In this document: positions 50,083 to 62,249 of the stretch, piece after piece
Numbering within the stretch: position 1 is the stretch's first letter
Layout: every line of letters begins with the position of its first letter
Source: Chiloscyllium plagiosum
Lineage: Eukaryota
DNA length: 64,000 nucleotides
NCBI RefSeq assembly: GCF_004010195.1
Contig: NW_025215381.1
Span: 1,480,949-1,544,948 of the forward strand
Direction: 5' to 3'
Position numbers and translations under genes: made by a program
Notes under the pieces: model-generated
Told to the model about the DNA's origin: nothing
The model's database searches: none
Seen by the model: the letters and a program-made list of their open reading frames with translations, nothing else

Positions 50083-50292
50083 GTGGTTCGAGCAGCGCTA
50101 ACTTTGCAAACTTTGATACCTTCCCAAAATCTTCCAGCACTAGTTTCGGATCCTTCACTAGCTCTCAGGCCACATCCGTACCGGCAAGTTCGACGGCCAC
50201 TGCCTCCGGTAAACAGGCTGCCTCGCAAGCCGACAAATACGCAGCGCTCGCGGACTTAGAAAGCATCTTTAATGCCCCTAAGTCCTCTGCAG
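50083..50292 (+). CDS. agfg2: AGFG-family exon 7: GGSSSANFANFDTFPKSSSTSFGSFTSSQ...QADKYAALADLESIFNAPKSSA
   Basis: About 80-nt pyrimidine tract + caacag|G acceptor and CAG|gtaagc donor; 210 nt, phase 1 to 1. ANFAxFDxFPKSSS and DKYAALAxL motifs are known from AGFG1. Confidence 0.92.
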
Positions 50293-51220
50293 GTAAGCGA
50301 CAGTCAAATGGCATTAGAGTATTGGAAGTGGGGGGTGGTGCTATTGGGGGGGAGGGCTTGACAACAGTTCCAGACAGACAAGTGAGGAGGATGTGCAGGT
50401 CCAAATATCCTTTAGTCCCATCTCAGCTCAACTCTGAGCAAGCTGGCTGCAAGCTGATCAGTGCTACTATCCTTACATTGTATTGGGATAGGTAGAGGGA
50501 GATTGTTCAGGGTTTACACTGGTATCAAACAAATACTTGGACTAAGATGAAACATAAGAACTTGGAGCAGGAGTAGTCAATTCTGCAACTTGAGCCTGCT
50601 CCGTCATGTAGTAAGATCGTGACTTGGGCCTCAACTCCACCTTCCTGCCTGCTCTCCACAACCAGTTACTTGTTAAAAACTTGTCTATCTCTTCTGAAAA
50701 TTTATGCCCCTTGCACCTTGAGGTAGGGAATTCCGCAGGTTTCAAGACTCTTTGAGAGAAGTAATTCCACCTTATCTCTGTTTGGAAACTGCCACCCCAG
50801 AGCCTAAAACTCTGACCTTTTCATTCTAGACTACCCACAAGGTGAAGCATCACTTTGTCCATCCCCCTTTAACATCTTGTATACTTCAGTTAGATTTCCT
50901 TTCATTCTTCCCTCATGATCAGTTTCCTCATAAGACAAGCCTTTCATCTCTGGAATCAGTCTGGTGAATCTTCTCTGAACTGCTTTCAATGCAACTACAT
51001 GCATCCTCAAGTAAGGGGACCAAGACTATAGGCAGTACTCCAGGTACCTTCAACAGGAGCTGGACCTAAGGGGTGGGGAGGGGTCACAGGAGTTTCTCAG
51101 TCCACTGAGAAGGACTCTCAATTAAGATTGTCATCCCTAATCAGAGTTTGTTATGTCAATTCATCACTCAGATACAATGCTCTTGTTTATTTATTGAGTG
51201 AGGGAAATCAATGATATTGA

Positions 51221-51520
51221 TTAGATTCCCCACAGAATGGAAACAGGCCAACAAGTCCACACTAACCCTCCGAAGAGTAACCCACCCAGACCTAGTCCCC
51301 TACCCTACATTTGCCCCTCACTATTGCACCTAACACTATGGGCAATTTAGCAATTCACCCTAACGTGCACATCTTTAGACAGTGGGAGGAAACCGGAGCA
51401 CCCGGAGGAAACCCACACAGACACGGGGAGAATGTGCAAACTCCACACAGTCACCCATGGTGGGAATCGAACCCGGGTTCCTGGCGCTGTGAGGCAGCAG
51501 TGTGAACCGCTGGGCCACAC
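51221..51520 (-). mobile_element. HE1-type SINE
   Basis: Reverse complement of the family consensus. Confidence 0.87.
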
Positions 51521-51755
51521 TGGTCAGTCCGATTGAGTTGTCATCCCTCTTGAGTTTAACTTTCATTAAAGAAATTGTGGGCTGCATCACTACTGAAACT
51601 TGAATGGCATTTCTAACCCTCAGGTTTATAAAAGGAAGAGCAAAATAATACTGCTGCTGGAAATCTGAATTAAAAGCAAAAAAAAAAATTCTAGGTTTCT
51701 CAACAGGCCTTGACAGTGAACAGAGAACTGCAAATACAGGCAGGGAAATTATTTA

Positions 51756-51900
51756 GGAGAAAGTGAGGACTGCAGATGCTGGGGATCAGAGCTGGAAGTG
51801 TGTTGCTGGAAAAGCGCAGCAGGTCAGGCAGCATCCAAGGCTCATGCCCGAAACATCGATTCTCCTGCTCCTTGAATGCTGCCTGACCTGCTGCGCTTTT
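51756..51900. mobile_element. Fold-back PLE family-A insertion with 16-bp TSD
   Basis: gcagggaaattattta at 51740-51755 and 51901-51916; arms aaaagcgcagcaggtcaggcagcat / atgctgcctgacctgctgcgctttt. Confidence 0.85.
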
Positions 51901-53449
51901 GCAGGGAAATTATTTATTACTTTTTTGGGAGAGCACATCTCACCGTTCTGTCCACGGAGTCTTCTGTCTCAATGCCCAGTCATCAATTTGTTTCTCATTG
52001 AGTTCAGCATGTAAGCTTTATCAGCATCTGAGTTTTGACTCTGTCCTGTCTCTCTCCCCCCCCCCCCCCCCCCCCCTCTCCCCGAGGCATTTCACTCCTT
52101 GCTGTGTTACAGATAATTACACTCTCCAGAAGGTTAGCTTCCTTCCAACTGTTCGCATCTGCTTTTTGCCAATTGTTCCTCTCTCACACCTATCAATTCT
52201 CTATCTTCTTTCCTCTCCCTCCTTTTCTCCTTATCGTTCCTTGCTAGTCTGTCTTTTGTTTTCCCCACCTGTGGGACAGTGGTGCAACTAGCTGGGCCAA
52301 CGCTTGGTGCCATCCCTAATTGCCTTGGCGAAGGTGGTGGAGAGCTGCCTTCTTGAACCCCTGCAGTCCATGTGTCGTAGGTCGCTCCATGATGCTATCA
52401 GGGAGGGAATTCCAGGATTTTGACTCAGTGACACTGAAGGAACAGCAAAGTATTCCCAAATCAGGATGGTGAGCGGCTTGGAGGGGAACCCGACGATGGT
52501 GATGTATCCATGTTTCTGCCCTCCTTGTCCATCGAGGTGATCATGATCACAAGTTTGGAAGAGCTGGATCATCCATTCGACACTTGTGGATAAAGATAGT
52601 TCTGAATGCTTCAACCTTCTCTTTTGTGCAGATGAAGTGAGCTCCTCATCATTGAGGATGGGACTCTTTGTGGAGTCTTTTCCAGTGAATTGTTTAATTG
52701 TCCACCATCATTCACAATTGGATGTTGAAGGACTGCAGAGCTTCAGTCTGATCTACTGTTTTTGGGATCGCTTAGCTGTATCACTTGCTGTTTGGCACGC
52801 CAGTAGTCCTGTTTTGTAGCTTTGCCTAGTTGACACTTATACCTCGCAGTGCGCCCAGCATGATATCATGCACTCCTTGTTGAGCCAGGGTTGATCCCTT
52901 GGCTTGAGTGGGGGATATGCCAGGCCATGAGGTTGCAGATTGTGCTGGAGTACAATTCTGCTGCTGCTGCTGACCTACCATATCTCACGGATTCCCAATC
53001 ATGAGTTCCTCGATCTATCCGAAATCTGTCTCTCATTTTAGCCCATTGGAACAGTCTCTTCACATCTTGCGACAAGAAATGTCAAATAGAGAAACTGGAG
53101 ATAGAGGGACAGTTGAACGAGCAGCCCTACTGAAAGAATGTGACAAGGAACAGCTCTATTCCCAACTGATCCACTGTGTGCAAGCATAAGTCAACCCCAT
53201 AGCCTCTAAATGCCCCATTCGCATTTTACCTGCCTCAATAGGTGAATTGAGAAGTGGGGTCATTCCAGCCAAGGGCAGATCCTCGACCTTTCTGAGAGTC
53301 TCCCATTTTCAAAATGCAAGGAGCATTCTGATTGGGGGGAAGAGTATACAAGATAGTTTCCTTTTGTCTTCCTGGTGTCTGATTTAAAGGTAGCAGAGTC
53401 CATTCCTGAAGGATCCTCCACCCAGAAGCAGGCATATGCTTTTTTAAAA

Positions 53450-54180
53450 ATGATTTGTGGGATGTGGGCTGGCTGGCTAGCATTTGTTGCCCATCCCTAG
53501 TTGCGCTTGAGAAGGTGGTAGTGAGCTTCCTCCTTGGAACTGCTGCAGTCTGTCTGCTGGGGGTTGACCCACAATGCCCTTAGGGAGGGCATTGCAGGAC
53601 TTTGTCCCAGCAGCAGTGAATGAATGACAATATATTTCCAAGTTAGATGGTGAGTGGCTTGGAGGCCAACTTGAAGGTGCTGAAATTCCCATGTATCCGC
53701 TGCCCTCTTCCTTCTACATGGAAATGGTTGTGGGTTTGGAAGCTGCTCTGAATTTCTGCAGCACATCATGTAGGTAGTGCACATTGCAGTTACTGAGCAC
53801 GGGTGGTGGAAGGTGTGGATGCCTGTGGATGTTGTACCAATCAACCAGGTGGTTTCTTTCTGGATGGGCTCAAGGTTCTTGAGTGTTGTCTAGATGCAGC
53901 TCCAACAAGTGGGGAGTGTTCCATCATACTCCTGACATGGAGTCTTGCCCAGGCTTTAGGTAGTCAGGAAGTGAGTCACTCGCCACAGTGTTCCTAGCCT
54001 CTGACCCGCTCTTGTAGCCACTGTGTTTATGTGACCGTTTCGCGTCAGTGGTAAACCTCCAGAAGGTCGATATTGTGGAATTTATTGATGGTAACGCCGT
54101 TGAATGTTAAGTGGCTGTGGTTATTTTGGCTCTTGTTGGTGATGGTCATAGCCTGACATTTGTGTGGCATGAACGTTCGC
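53450..54180 (-). mobile_element. Second LINE-like family, 3' fragment (copies also near 24915, 31880, 38400, 47390 and 52290)
   Basis: Recurrent ccaggattttgacccagtgacactgaagg and gttcccatgtatctgctgccctt blocks; 3' tail shared with the 63302-type SINE. Clade not determined. Confidence 0.65.
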
Positions 54181-55021
54181 TGACGTGATCGCAGCTCTTC
54201 CGCTAGCACCAGTGAAATTTCTCTGTTGCTGTGGCTAATGATCCTGTGCCTGGATCTATCACAGCCCCCGAGTTCTGTCCTTAGACACAGTGATGATGTG
54301 CTGTCAGAGATTGTGGGTGCCTTTTGGTTGAGCATCAGGTACAGGATTGCTTTCTGTATGAAGATGTAGAGAGGTATTGTACCTTTTAAGAGAGCTGAAG
54401 GACTTGGCAAGCACACAGAGTACTGGAGAGTTTACAATGTAACATTTGGTCCAGCAACTAGCAGTACCCGGGTTGCTATAAGACAAAAACAAATTCAAAA
54501 TCCGATTAAGTTATGCCCCAAGATCCTAAACTCCAATCAAGTTTGAATTTGGTATTGTGACAACATTAAAACCAATGAAACAATCCGATGCTTCGGGGTA
54601 TAAAACAGAAAACAAATTGAACAGTTGGAGGAGAACTATCTGCAGAATAACTCCCTTCAAGGTACCTTTATCTATCGATGACCCATGAAGCAGAAACCCT
54701 AAGAAGTAGTAAGGAAGACAGAAGAAGATACGAAGAGAAGAATCAACAGTTGGCTGATTTAGGAAGTTGAATTATGTTGAGTAGATGGCTGCAGCTCCAA
54801 CAAGTGGGGAGTGTTCCATCATACTCCTGACATGGAGTCTTGCCCAGGCTTTAGGTAGTCAGGAAGTGAGTCACTCGCCACAGTGTTCCTAGCCTCTGAC
54901 CCGATCTTGTAGCCACTGTGTTTATGTGACCGTTTCGCGTCAGTGGTAAACCTCCAGAAGGTTGATATTGTGGAATTTATTGATGGTAACACCGTTGAAT
55001 GTTAAGTGGCTGTGATTATTT
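53895..55021. repeat. Direct duplication of ~232 bp (53895-54126 and 54790-55021)
   Basis: Near-identical copies with about 4 differences, 895 bp apart. Confidence 0.92.
54438..54780 (+). mobile_element. LTR-like 5' fragment with CCAAT and TATA boxes
   Basis: Starts TGTAACA; ccaat at 54533 and 54572; tataaaa at 54599-54605. Confidence 0.45.
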
Positions 55022-55583
55022 ATCTCATGTTGTAACATTCCTCTGGGTTTCCAATCACATCCCCAAAGCTGTGGAAGCCAGTTGTTGACTTTCAGCTGCT
55101 GCTGCTTTGGGATTCACACAGGACGACACCAGATTCTCTGTTTGGCTCTGTCTCTCTCAGCCTGTAATCCTTGCCTCCGGTTAGATTCTCACCTCATTGC
55201 GTTGTCCATCCTGGTTTTTGTTCAGCCTTTGACTCTGCAGTTGGTGGAGCTCAGTTCCTGAATTCCTTATCTCAAGCTGCAGGGCAACTCGACTGTGGCA
55301 CTTGGCCTGTTAAATTGAAAATGTAGAGCTCTTAAACGATACGTGGTAGCTATTTGCGAACCTGTCGGTTGTGAGCTCTGCTTTTCCTGCGGGAAGCGCA
55401 GTTGAATGAACTGCCTGAGCATCAAAGGATGCGATTCTGAAGGGAGAATGTAGGAAGTTAGGCAGGAATTTAAAAAGGAGGTCTTCGAGTTAGTGATATG
55501 TGGATTACTCCTGGTGCCACAAGCCGGTGAGAGTAGGATTAGGAGGATAGAGCAGATGACATGGGTTTGCACTTTTTTGGATC

Positions 55584-56314
55584 CCTTGCCAGATCCGCAC
55601 CACCCCCCACCACCACTTAGCCCACTCCTGGCACCTTACCCTGCCACCGCAGGAAGTGCAAAACCTGTGCCCACACCTCCCCCCTCACCTCTATCCAAGG
55701 CCCTAAAGGAGCTTTCCACATCCGACAGAAATTTTCAAGGACGTCATCGCATGTATCTGTTGCACCCGGTGTGGTCGGGAAGACCGGGCGCAACTTGTGG
55801 AACATCTCCGGGCCACTCGCACCAACCAACCCCACCGCCCTGTGGTTGAACACTTCAACTCCCCCTCTCACCCCACCGAGGACATGCAGGTCCAGGGCTG
55901 CCTCCATTGCCAAATCCTTGCCAACTGCCGCCTGCAGGAAGAGTGCCTCATCTTCCGCCTTGGAACCACACAGGATCAATATGGATTTCACCAGTTTGCT
56001 CTGTTCTCCTTTCCCCCACATTATCCCAGTCCCAAACCTCCAACTCGGCACTGCTCTCTTGACCTGTCCATCGTCTTTCCCATCTATCCGCTCCAACCTC
56101 CTCTCCGACCTATCACCTTCTCCTCCACCTTCATCTGCCTATTGCATTCCCAGCTACCTTCCTCCCAGCCTCATTTTCCCTCTCATCTCTCAACCCTCCC
56201 CGATGGCCCACAAGCCTCATTCCTGGTGAAGGGCTTATGTCTGAAATGTCGATTCTCCTGCTCCTCGGATGCTGCCTGCCCTGTTGTGCGTTTGCAGCGC
56301 CACACTCTTCACTC
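55584..56314 (+). mobile_element. Penelope-like element 3' fragment: Cys-knuckle linker, GIY-YIG endonuclease C-terminus and terminal repeat (family A)
   Basis: PCHRRKCKTCAH..., ICCTRCG..GKTGR, EHLRATRTNQPHRPVVEHFNSPSH...RLQEECLIFRLGT; degenerate hammerhead ctggtgaagggcttatgtctgaaatgtc at 56223-56250. Confidence 0.88.
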
Positions 56315-56729
56315 TTGCACTTCTGGATTGCTGGAGTCTCTTCTGGGGTAGAAGTGACATGTATAAGAAGGTTGGATTGCATCTGAATTGGAAGGGGACT
56401 AATATACTGGCAGGGATATTTGCTAGAGCTGCTCGGGAGGATTTAAACTAGTAAGGTGGGTGAAGTGGGACCCAGGGAGGCACTGAGGAAAGAGCTCAGT
56501 CTGAGACTGGTACCGTTGGGAAAAGGAGCAAGTCAAAGAGTTAAGAACAAAGCAGAGAATGAGGTAGGACTGATCAATTAAACTGCATTTATTTCAATGC
56601 AAGAGGCTTAACAGGGAAGGCAGAGAGGAAAATGGGACTGGGATATCATGGCAATTAGAGACATAGCTCCGGGATGGACAGGACGGGCAGCCTAATGTTC
56701 CAGGATACAACTGCTACAGGAAGGATAGG

Positions 56730-58745
56730 ATCATCCTAAGGAAAAAGAAGTGTGCAACGGGGAGGATGAGGCATCCGTGGCTGACTGGGGAAGCCAGAGA
56801 GTCATTGAGATGTACAGCAGGGAAACAGACCCTTCGGTCCAACCCGTCCATGCCGACCAGATATCCCAACCCAATCTCGTCCCACCTGCCAGCACCCGGC
56901 CCATATCCCTCCAAACACTTCCTATTCATATACCCATCCAAATGCCTCTTAAATGTTGTAATTGTACCAGCCTCCACCACATCCTCTGGCAGCTCATTCC
57001 ACATGCGTAGAGTAGTAAAGAACAGTGGGAAGCCAGAGGATTAGGAAGCTGAGAGGGCAACAAAACAAAATAAGGAAGGTAGAAGATTAAATATGTGGGT
57101 AAGCTAGCTAGTAATATAAAGGAAGACTGTAAGAGTTTCTTTAGATATATAAAGGGTAAAAGAGAGGCAGAAGTGGGCATTGAGCCGCTAGGAAGTGATG
57201 CTGGAGAGATAGTAGTGGGGAACAAAGAAATGGCTAAGGAACTGGCTAAGGGGCAGCACGGTGGCTCAGTGGTTAGCACTGCTGCCTCACAGCACCAGGG
57301 ACCGAGGTTCAATTCCAGCCTCAGGTGACTGTCTGTGTGGAGTTTGCACATTCTCCCCGTGTCTGTGTGGGTTTCCTCCGGGTGCTCCGGTTTCCACCCA
57401 CAGTCCAAAACGAAGATGTGCAGATTAGGGTGAATTGGCCATGCTAAATTGTCCATAGTGTTAGGTTCATTAGTCAGAGGGAAATGCGTCTGGGTGGGTT
57501 ACTCTTCGGAGGGTCGGTGTACACTTGTTGGGCCGAAGGGTCTGTTTCCACACTGTAGGGAATCTAATCTAATAAAAAAAACTGAATAATTACTTTGTAT
57601 CAGTCTTCATAGTGGAAGACACGAGTAATTTCCCAAAAATTCGTGAGAGAGAGGGCAGAGGTGAGGATGGTGGCCAGCACCACGGAGAAGGTGCTAGAAA
57701 AACTGAATGGCCTAAAGGTGGATAAATCACTTGGACCAGATGGACTACACCCCAGAGTGCTAAGGGTGATGGCTAAAGGGATAGTAGAGATGTTAGTGGT
57801 AATCGTTCAGGAATTACGAGAGACAGGGAGAGTCCCAGAGGACTGGAAAATGGCTGATGTAACACCCCTGTTTAAAAAGGGAGTAAGGCAGAAGATGGAA
57901 AATTACACACCACATAGTCTAACCTCGGTTGTTAGGTCCTGGAATCCATCGTGAAAGATCAGATTTCTGAATACTTGGAAGTGTATGGTAAAATAGGGCA
58001 GAGTTAGCATGGTTTCATCAAGGGGAGGTCATGCCTGACAAATCTGCTAGAATTCTTTGAGGAAGTAATGAGCAGGTTAGACAAAAGAGAACCAATGGAT
58101 GTTATCTACCTCGACTTCAAGACCTTTGACAAGGTGCTGCACAGGAGGCTGCTGAGTACAATAAGGGCCCATGGTGTAGAGGCAAGGTGCTAGCATGGAT
58201 AGAAGCTTGGCTGTCTGGCAGAGAGTGGGGATAGAAAGGTTCTTCACGGGATGACAGCCGGTCTTCTGCAAGGCTCACGACTTTCCACTTCATATGTTAA
58301 CAATCTAGAGGAAGGAACTGAGGGCATTCTGGCTCGGTTGGCAGACGATACAAAGATAGGTCGAGGGATAGGTAGCATTGGGGAGGCTGCAGAAGGATTT
58401 GGACTGGTGAGGAGAGTGGGCAAAGGAGTAGCAGATGGGAAAGTGTGAGGTCATGCACTTTGGTCAGGAGAATAATGGCATAGACTGTTTTTGAAGTGGG
58501 GAGAAAATTTCGAAGTATTAAATGTTAAGTGACTTGGGAGTTCTCGTCTAGCTTCTCTCAAGGTAGACTTGCAGATTGAGTCAGTAGTTACAAACGCAAA
58601 TGCAATGATGGCATTTATTTCAAGAGGACTTGAATGTAGAAGCAGGGATGTACTTCTGAGGCTCAAGGCTCTGGTCAGAGCAGATTTGGAGTATTGTGCA
58701 CAGTTGTGGGCCCCATATCTCGAAGGATGTACTGTCTTATGGTCC
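56730..58745 (+). mobile_element. Second CR1 fragment nested in the long LINE, containing an inverted CR1 3' end (56797-57004, -) and an HE1 SINE (57250-57581, +)
   Basis: KSLGPDGLHPRVL, VPEDWKMADVTPLFKKG and RLADDTKIG peptides. Confidence 0.85.
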
Positions 58746-61246
58746 TATGGTAGAAAGGGGTGGCAAGTGAGGAGCGTTTTTACATTACGGCTGTACTTGG
58801 GGAGGATTTTCCTGGGAATACGTCCTGGGAAAGTATTTGGGTGGAACTAAGAAATAAGAAAGGGATGATCACCTTATTGGGATTGTATTATAGACCCCTA
58901 ACAGTCAGAGGGGAATTGAGAAACAAATTTGTAAGCCGATTTCATTTATCTGTAAGAATAATAGTGCGGTCATGGTAAGGGATTTTAACTTTCCAAACAT
59001 AGACTGGGACTGCCACAGTGTTAAGGGTTTAGATGGAGAGGAATTTAAGTGTGTACCAAATTTTCTGATACAGTGTGTGGATGTACCTAATGGAAAAGTT
59101 GCAAAACATGACCTAAGTTTGGGGAAAAAAGGCATGGCAAGTGACTGAGGTGTCACTGGGAGAGCACTTTGGGGCCAGCAGCCATAATTTATTAGTTTTA
59201 AGATAGTGATGGAAAAGGACCGACTAGATCTAAAAGTTGGAGTCCTAAGTGGGAGGATGACCAATATTTGACAGTATTAAGCAAGAATTTTCAAAAGTTG
59301 TTTGGGGGCGGATATTCGCAGGTAAAGGGAAGACTGGAAATGGGAAGCCTTCAGCAATGAGATAATGAGAGTCCAGCGACAATATGTTCCTGTTAGGGTG
59401 AAAGGTAAGGCTGGTAGATGTAGGGAATGCTGGATGATGAGAGAAATTGAGGGTTTGGTTAAGAAAGAGAAGAAAGCATATGTTAGGTATAGACAACCGA
59501 GTTCATGTGATTCCTTCAGAGTATAAAGGCAGTAGGAGTATAGTCAAGAAGGAAATTGGTAAGGAGAGAATAGGGCCCCTCAAAAATCAGCAAGGCAGCC
59601 TATGTGTGGAACCGCAGGAGATGGGGGAGATACTAAATGAATGTTTACTGTGGAGAAAGACATGGAAGATACAGAATGTGGGAAAATAGATTGTGATGTC
59701 TAGAAAAATGTCCATATGGTGGTGGGTGTCTTAAAACACATACAAGTGGACAAGTCCCCAGGACCTGATCAGGTGTACCCTAGAACTTTAAGGGAAGCTA
59801 GAGAAGTGATTGCTGGGCCTCTTGCTGAGATATTTGTATCATCGATAGTCACAGGTGAGGTGCCGGAAGACTGGAGGTTGGCAAATGTGGTGCCACTGTT
59901 TAAGAAGGGCGGTAAAGACAAGCCAGGGAACTATAGACCGGTGAACCTGACATCGGTGGTGGGCAGGTTGTTGGAGGGAATGCTGAGGGACAAGATTTGC
60001 ATGTATTTGGAAAGGCATGTATTAGGGGTAGTCAATATGGCTATGTGTGTGGGAAATCATGTCCCATTAACTTGATTGTGTGTGTGGGAAATCATGTCCC
60101 ATTAACTTGATTGTGTTTTTGAAGAAGTAACAAAGAGGATTGAGGGCAGAGCGGTAGATTTGATCTATATGGACCTCAGTAAGGCGTTCGACAAGGTTCC
60201 TCCTGGTTAGTAAGGTTAGATCTCATGGAACACAGGGAGAACTAGCCATTTGGATACAGAACTGGTTTGAAAGTAGAAGACAGAGGGTGGTGGTGGAGGG
60301 TTGTTTTTCAGACTGGAGGCTTGTGACCAGTGGAGTGCCACAAGGATCGGTGCTGGGTCCACTACTTTTCGTCATTTACATAAATTATTTGGATTTGAAT
60401 GTAGGAGGTATTGTTAGTAAGTTTGCAAATGATGACAAAATTGGAGGTGCAGTGGACAGCGAGGAAGGCTACCTTGAAGTTCGATGGTATCTTGATCAGA
60501 TGGGCCAATGGGCCGAGAAGTGGCAGATGGAGTTTAATTCAGATAAATGTGAGATGCTGCATTTTGGGAAAGGCAAATCTTAGCAGGACGTATACACTTA
60601 ATGGTAAGGTCCTAGGGAGTGTTGCTGAACAAAGAGACCGATTTACAAGGATGTTGCCAGGGTTGGAGGATTTGAGCTATAGGGAGAGGCTGAACAGGCT
60701 GGGGCTGTTTTCCCTGGAGTGTCGGAGGCTGAGGGGTGACCTTATAGAGGTTTCTAAAATCATGAGGGGCATGGATAAAATAAAAGAGACAAGGTATTTT
60801 CCCTGGAGTGAGGGAGTCCAGTGCTCAAGGCCAGAGGTTTAGGGTGAGAGGGGAAAGATATAAGAGAGACCTAAGGGGCAACCTTTTCACACAGAGGGTG
60901 GTGCGTGTATGGAATGATCTGCCAGAGGAAGTGGTGGAGGCTGGTACAATTACAGCATTTAAAAGGCATCTGGATGGGTATATGAATAGGAAAGGCTTAG
61001 AGGGATATGGGCCGGGTGCTGGCAAATTGGGCTAGATTAATTTAGGATATCTCATTGGCGTGGATGAGTTGGACCGAAGGGTCTGTTTAAGTGCTGGCCC
61101 TGGAGTCCCTCTGGTGATACAGCAGTCTCCTGTGATAGGTTGAGAGAGCTTTTGAGAAAACTCTGATGGGGTGACAGACCTGGAACCTGACATCTGAACT
61201 ACCTCCTCTCCTGCATGCTTGCGTCTGTTTTAATAGAATATCCACT

Positions 61247-61582
61247 GGGCTGCACGGTAGCTCAGTGGTTAGCACTGCTGCCTCACAGCCGGGGACCTGG
61301 GTTCGATTCCAGCCTCGGGCGACTGTCTGTGTGGAGTTTGCACATTCTCCCCATGTCTGCGTGGGTTTCCTCCGGGTGCTCCAGTTTCCTCCCACAGTCC
61401 AAAGATGTGCAGGTCAGGGTGAATTGGCCATACTAAATTGCCCGTAGTGTTCAGAGATGTGTCGGTTAGATGAATTAGTCAGGGGAAATGTAGATATGGG
61501 CCAGGGTGGGTTACACTTTGGAGGGTCGGTGTGGTCTTGCTGGGCCAAAGAGCCTGTTTCCACACTGTAGGGATTCTAATTA
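61247..61582 (+). mobile_element. HE1-type SINE
   Basis: A box, B box (gggttcgattcc) and CR1-like tail. Confidence 0.92.
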
Positions 61583-61699
61583 TAATTCTACAAGTAAAAT
61601 CCACTTATTGATACTGAGCCAGACAGATACAGAAATTTTAGGCTTAATTTCATGTGAAACACTTGCTCGGATGTTTTGTGACTGAGGGAGATTCCTGTC

Positions 61700-61895
61700 T
61701 CTGTTGATGAAACTTTACCTTGTATCCATCCCCGTGCTGTACCTGTCCTGGGAGTGTTTGATGGAGAATGTAGAGAGAACTTTGTTTATTTTCATTTTAA
61801 AAGAGTAGAGGGAGCTTTACTCTGTTTCTCACCATGTGCTGTCGCTGTCCTGGGAGTAGTAATGGGGATAGTGTCAAGGGAGTTTTACTTTCTAA
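61700..61895 (+). repeat. Degenerate units of a tandem repeat (gtagagggagctttactctgt...ccccgtgctgtacctgtcctgggagtgtttgatgg); another unit near 62533-62595
   Basis: About 3 imperfect units visible; resembles a repeat I recognise from shark sequence. Confidence 0.55.
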
Positions 61896-62249
61896 TAATT
61901 GTCTGTGTGTTTTTAAAAAAAAAATTGACCCTCATTTTTCCTTTCACCTTAAAAATATGCCCTGTAATCTTGAAGGCCCCCACCCGAGGGGAAAAAAACA
62001 CCTTATCTGTACCCCTCATGGTTTTAGAAACGTCTAAAAGGTCACATCTCAACCTCCTATGCTCCAGTGAAAACAGTCCAAGCCCCTCCAACCTGTCCTT
62101 TTAATTCGAACCCTCCTTCAGGACGTCATCATTTAGAAGATCACTTTGTAACTATATCCGGATTCGATGTTTGAAAGACATTTAGATAAGTACATGAATA
62201 AGAAATATTTGGGGGTGGGATAACTCCATGATTCTATGATTTGATCAGA

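Larger units (their letters stand above)
55440..61087 (+). mobile_element. Long CR1-type LINE (ORF1 end, APE endonuclease, RT, 3' tail) with nested insertions
   Basis: ORF1 end FWGRSDMYKKVGLHLNWKGTNILAG...LN* (to 56451); APE start CIYFNARGL near 56582; APE resumes ESIWVELRNKKG..LLGLYYRP near 58830; RT motifs 59716-60583; tail at 61087. Confidence 0.9.

Noticed and set aside
56223..56250. Functional hammerheads at 56223(+), 47709(+), 46853(+) and ~62296-62324(-)
   Set aside because: Each has core mutations (CUGGUGA, CUGAUCGA, CAGAUGA, G12>A); kept only as family evidence.
55440..61087. Intact, active LINE or PLE
   Set aside because: All RT and endonuclease frames carry stops, frameshifts, deletions or nested insertions.
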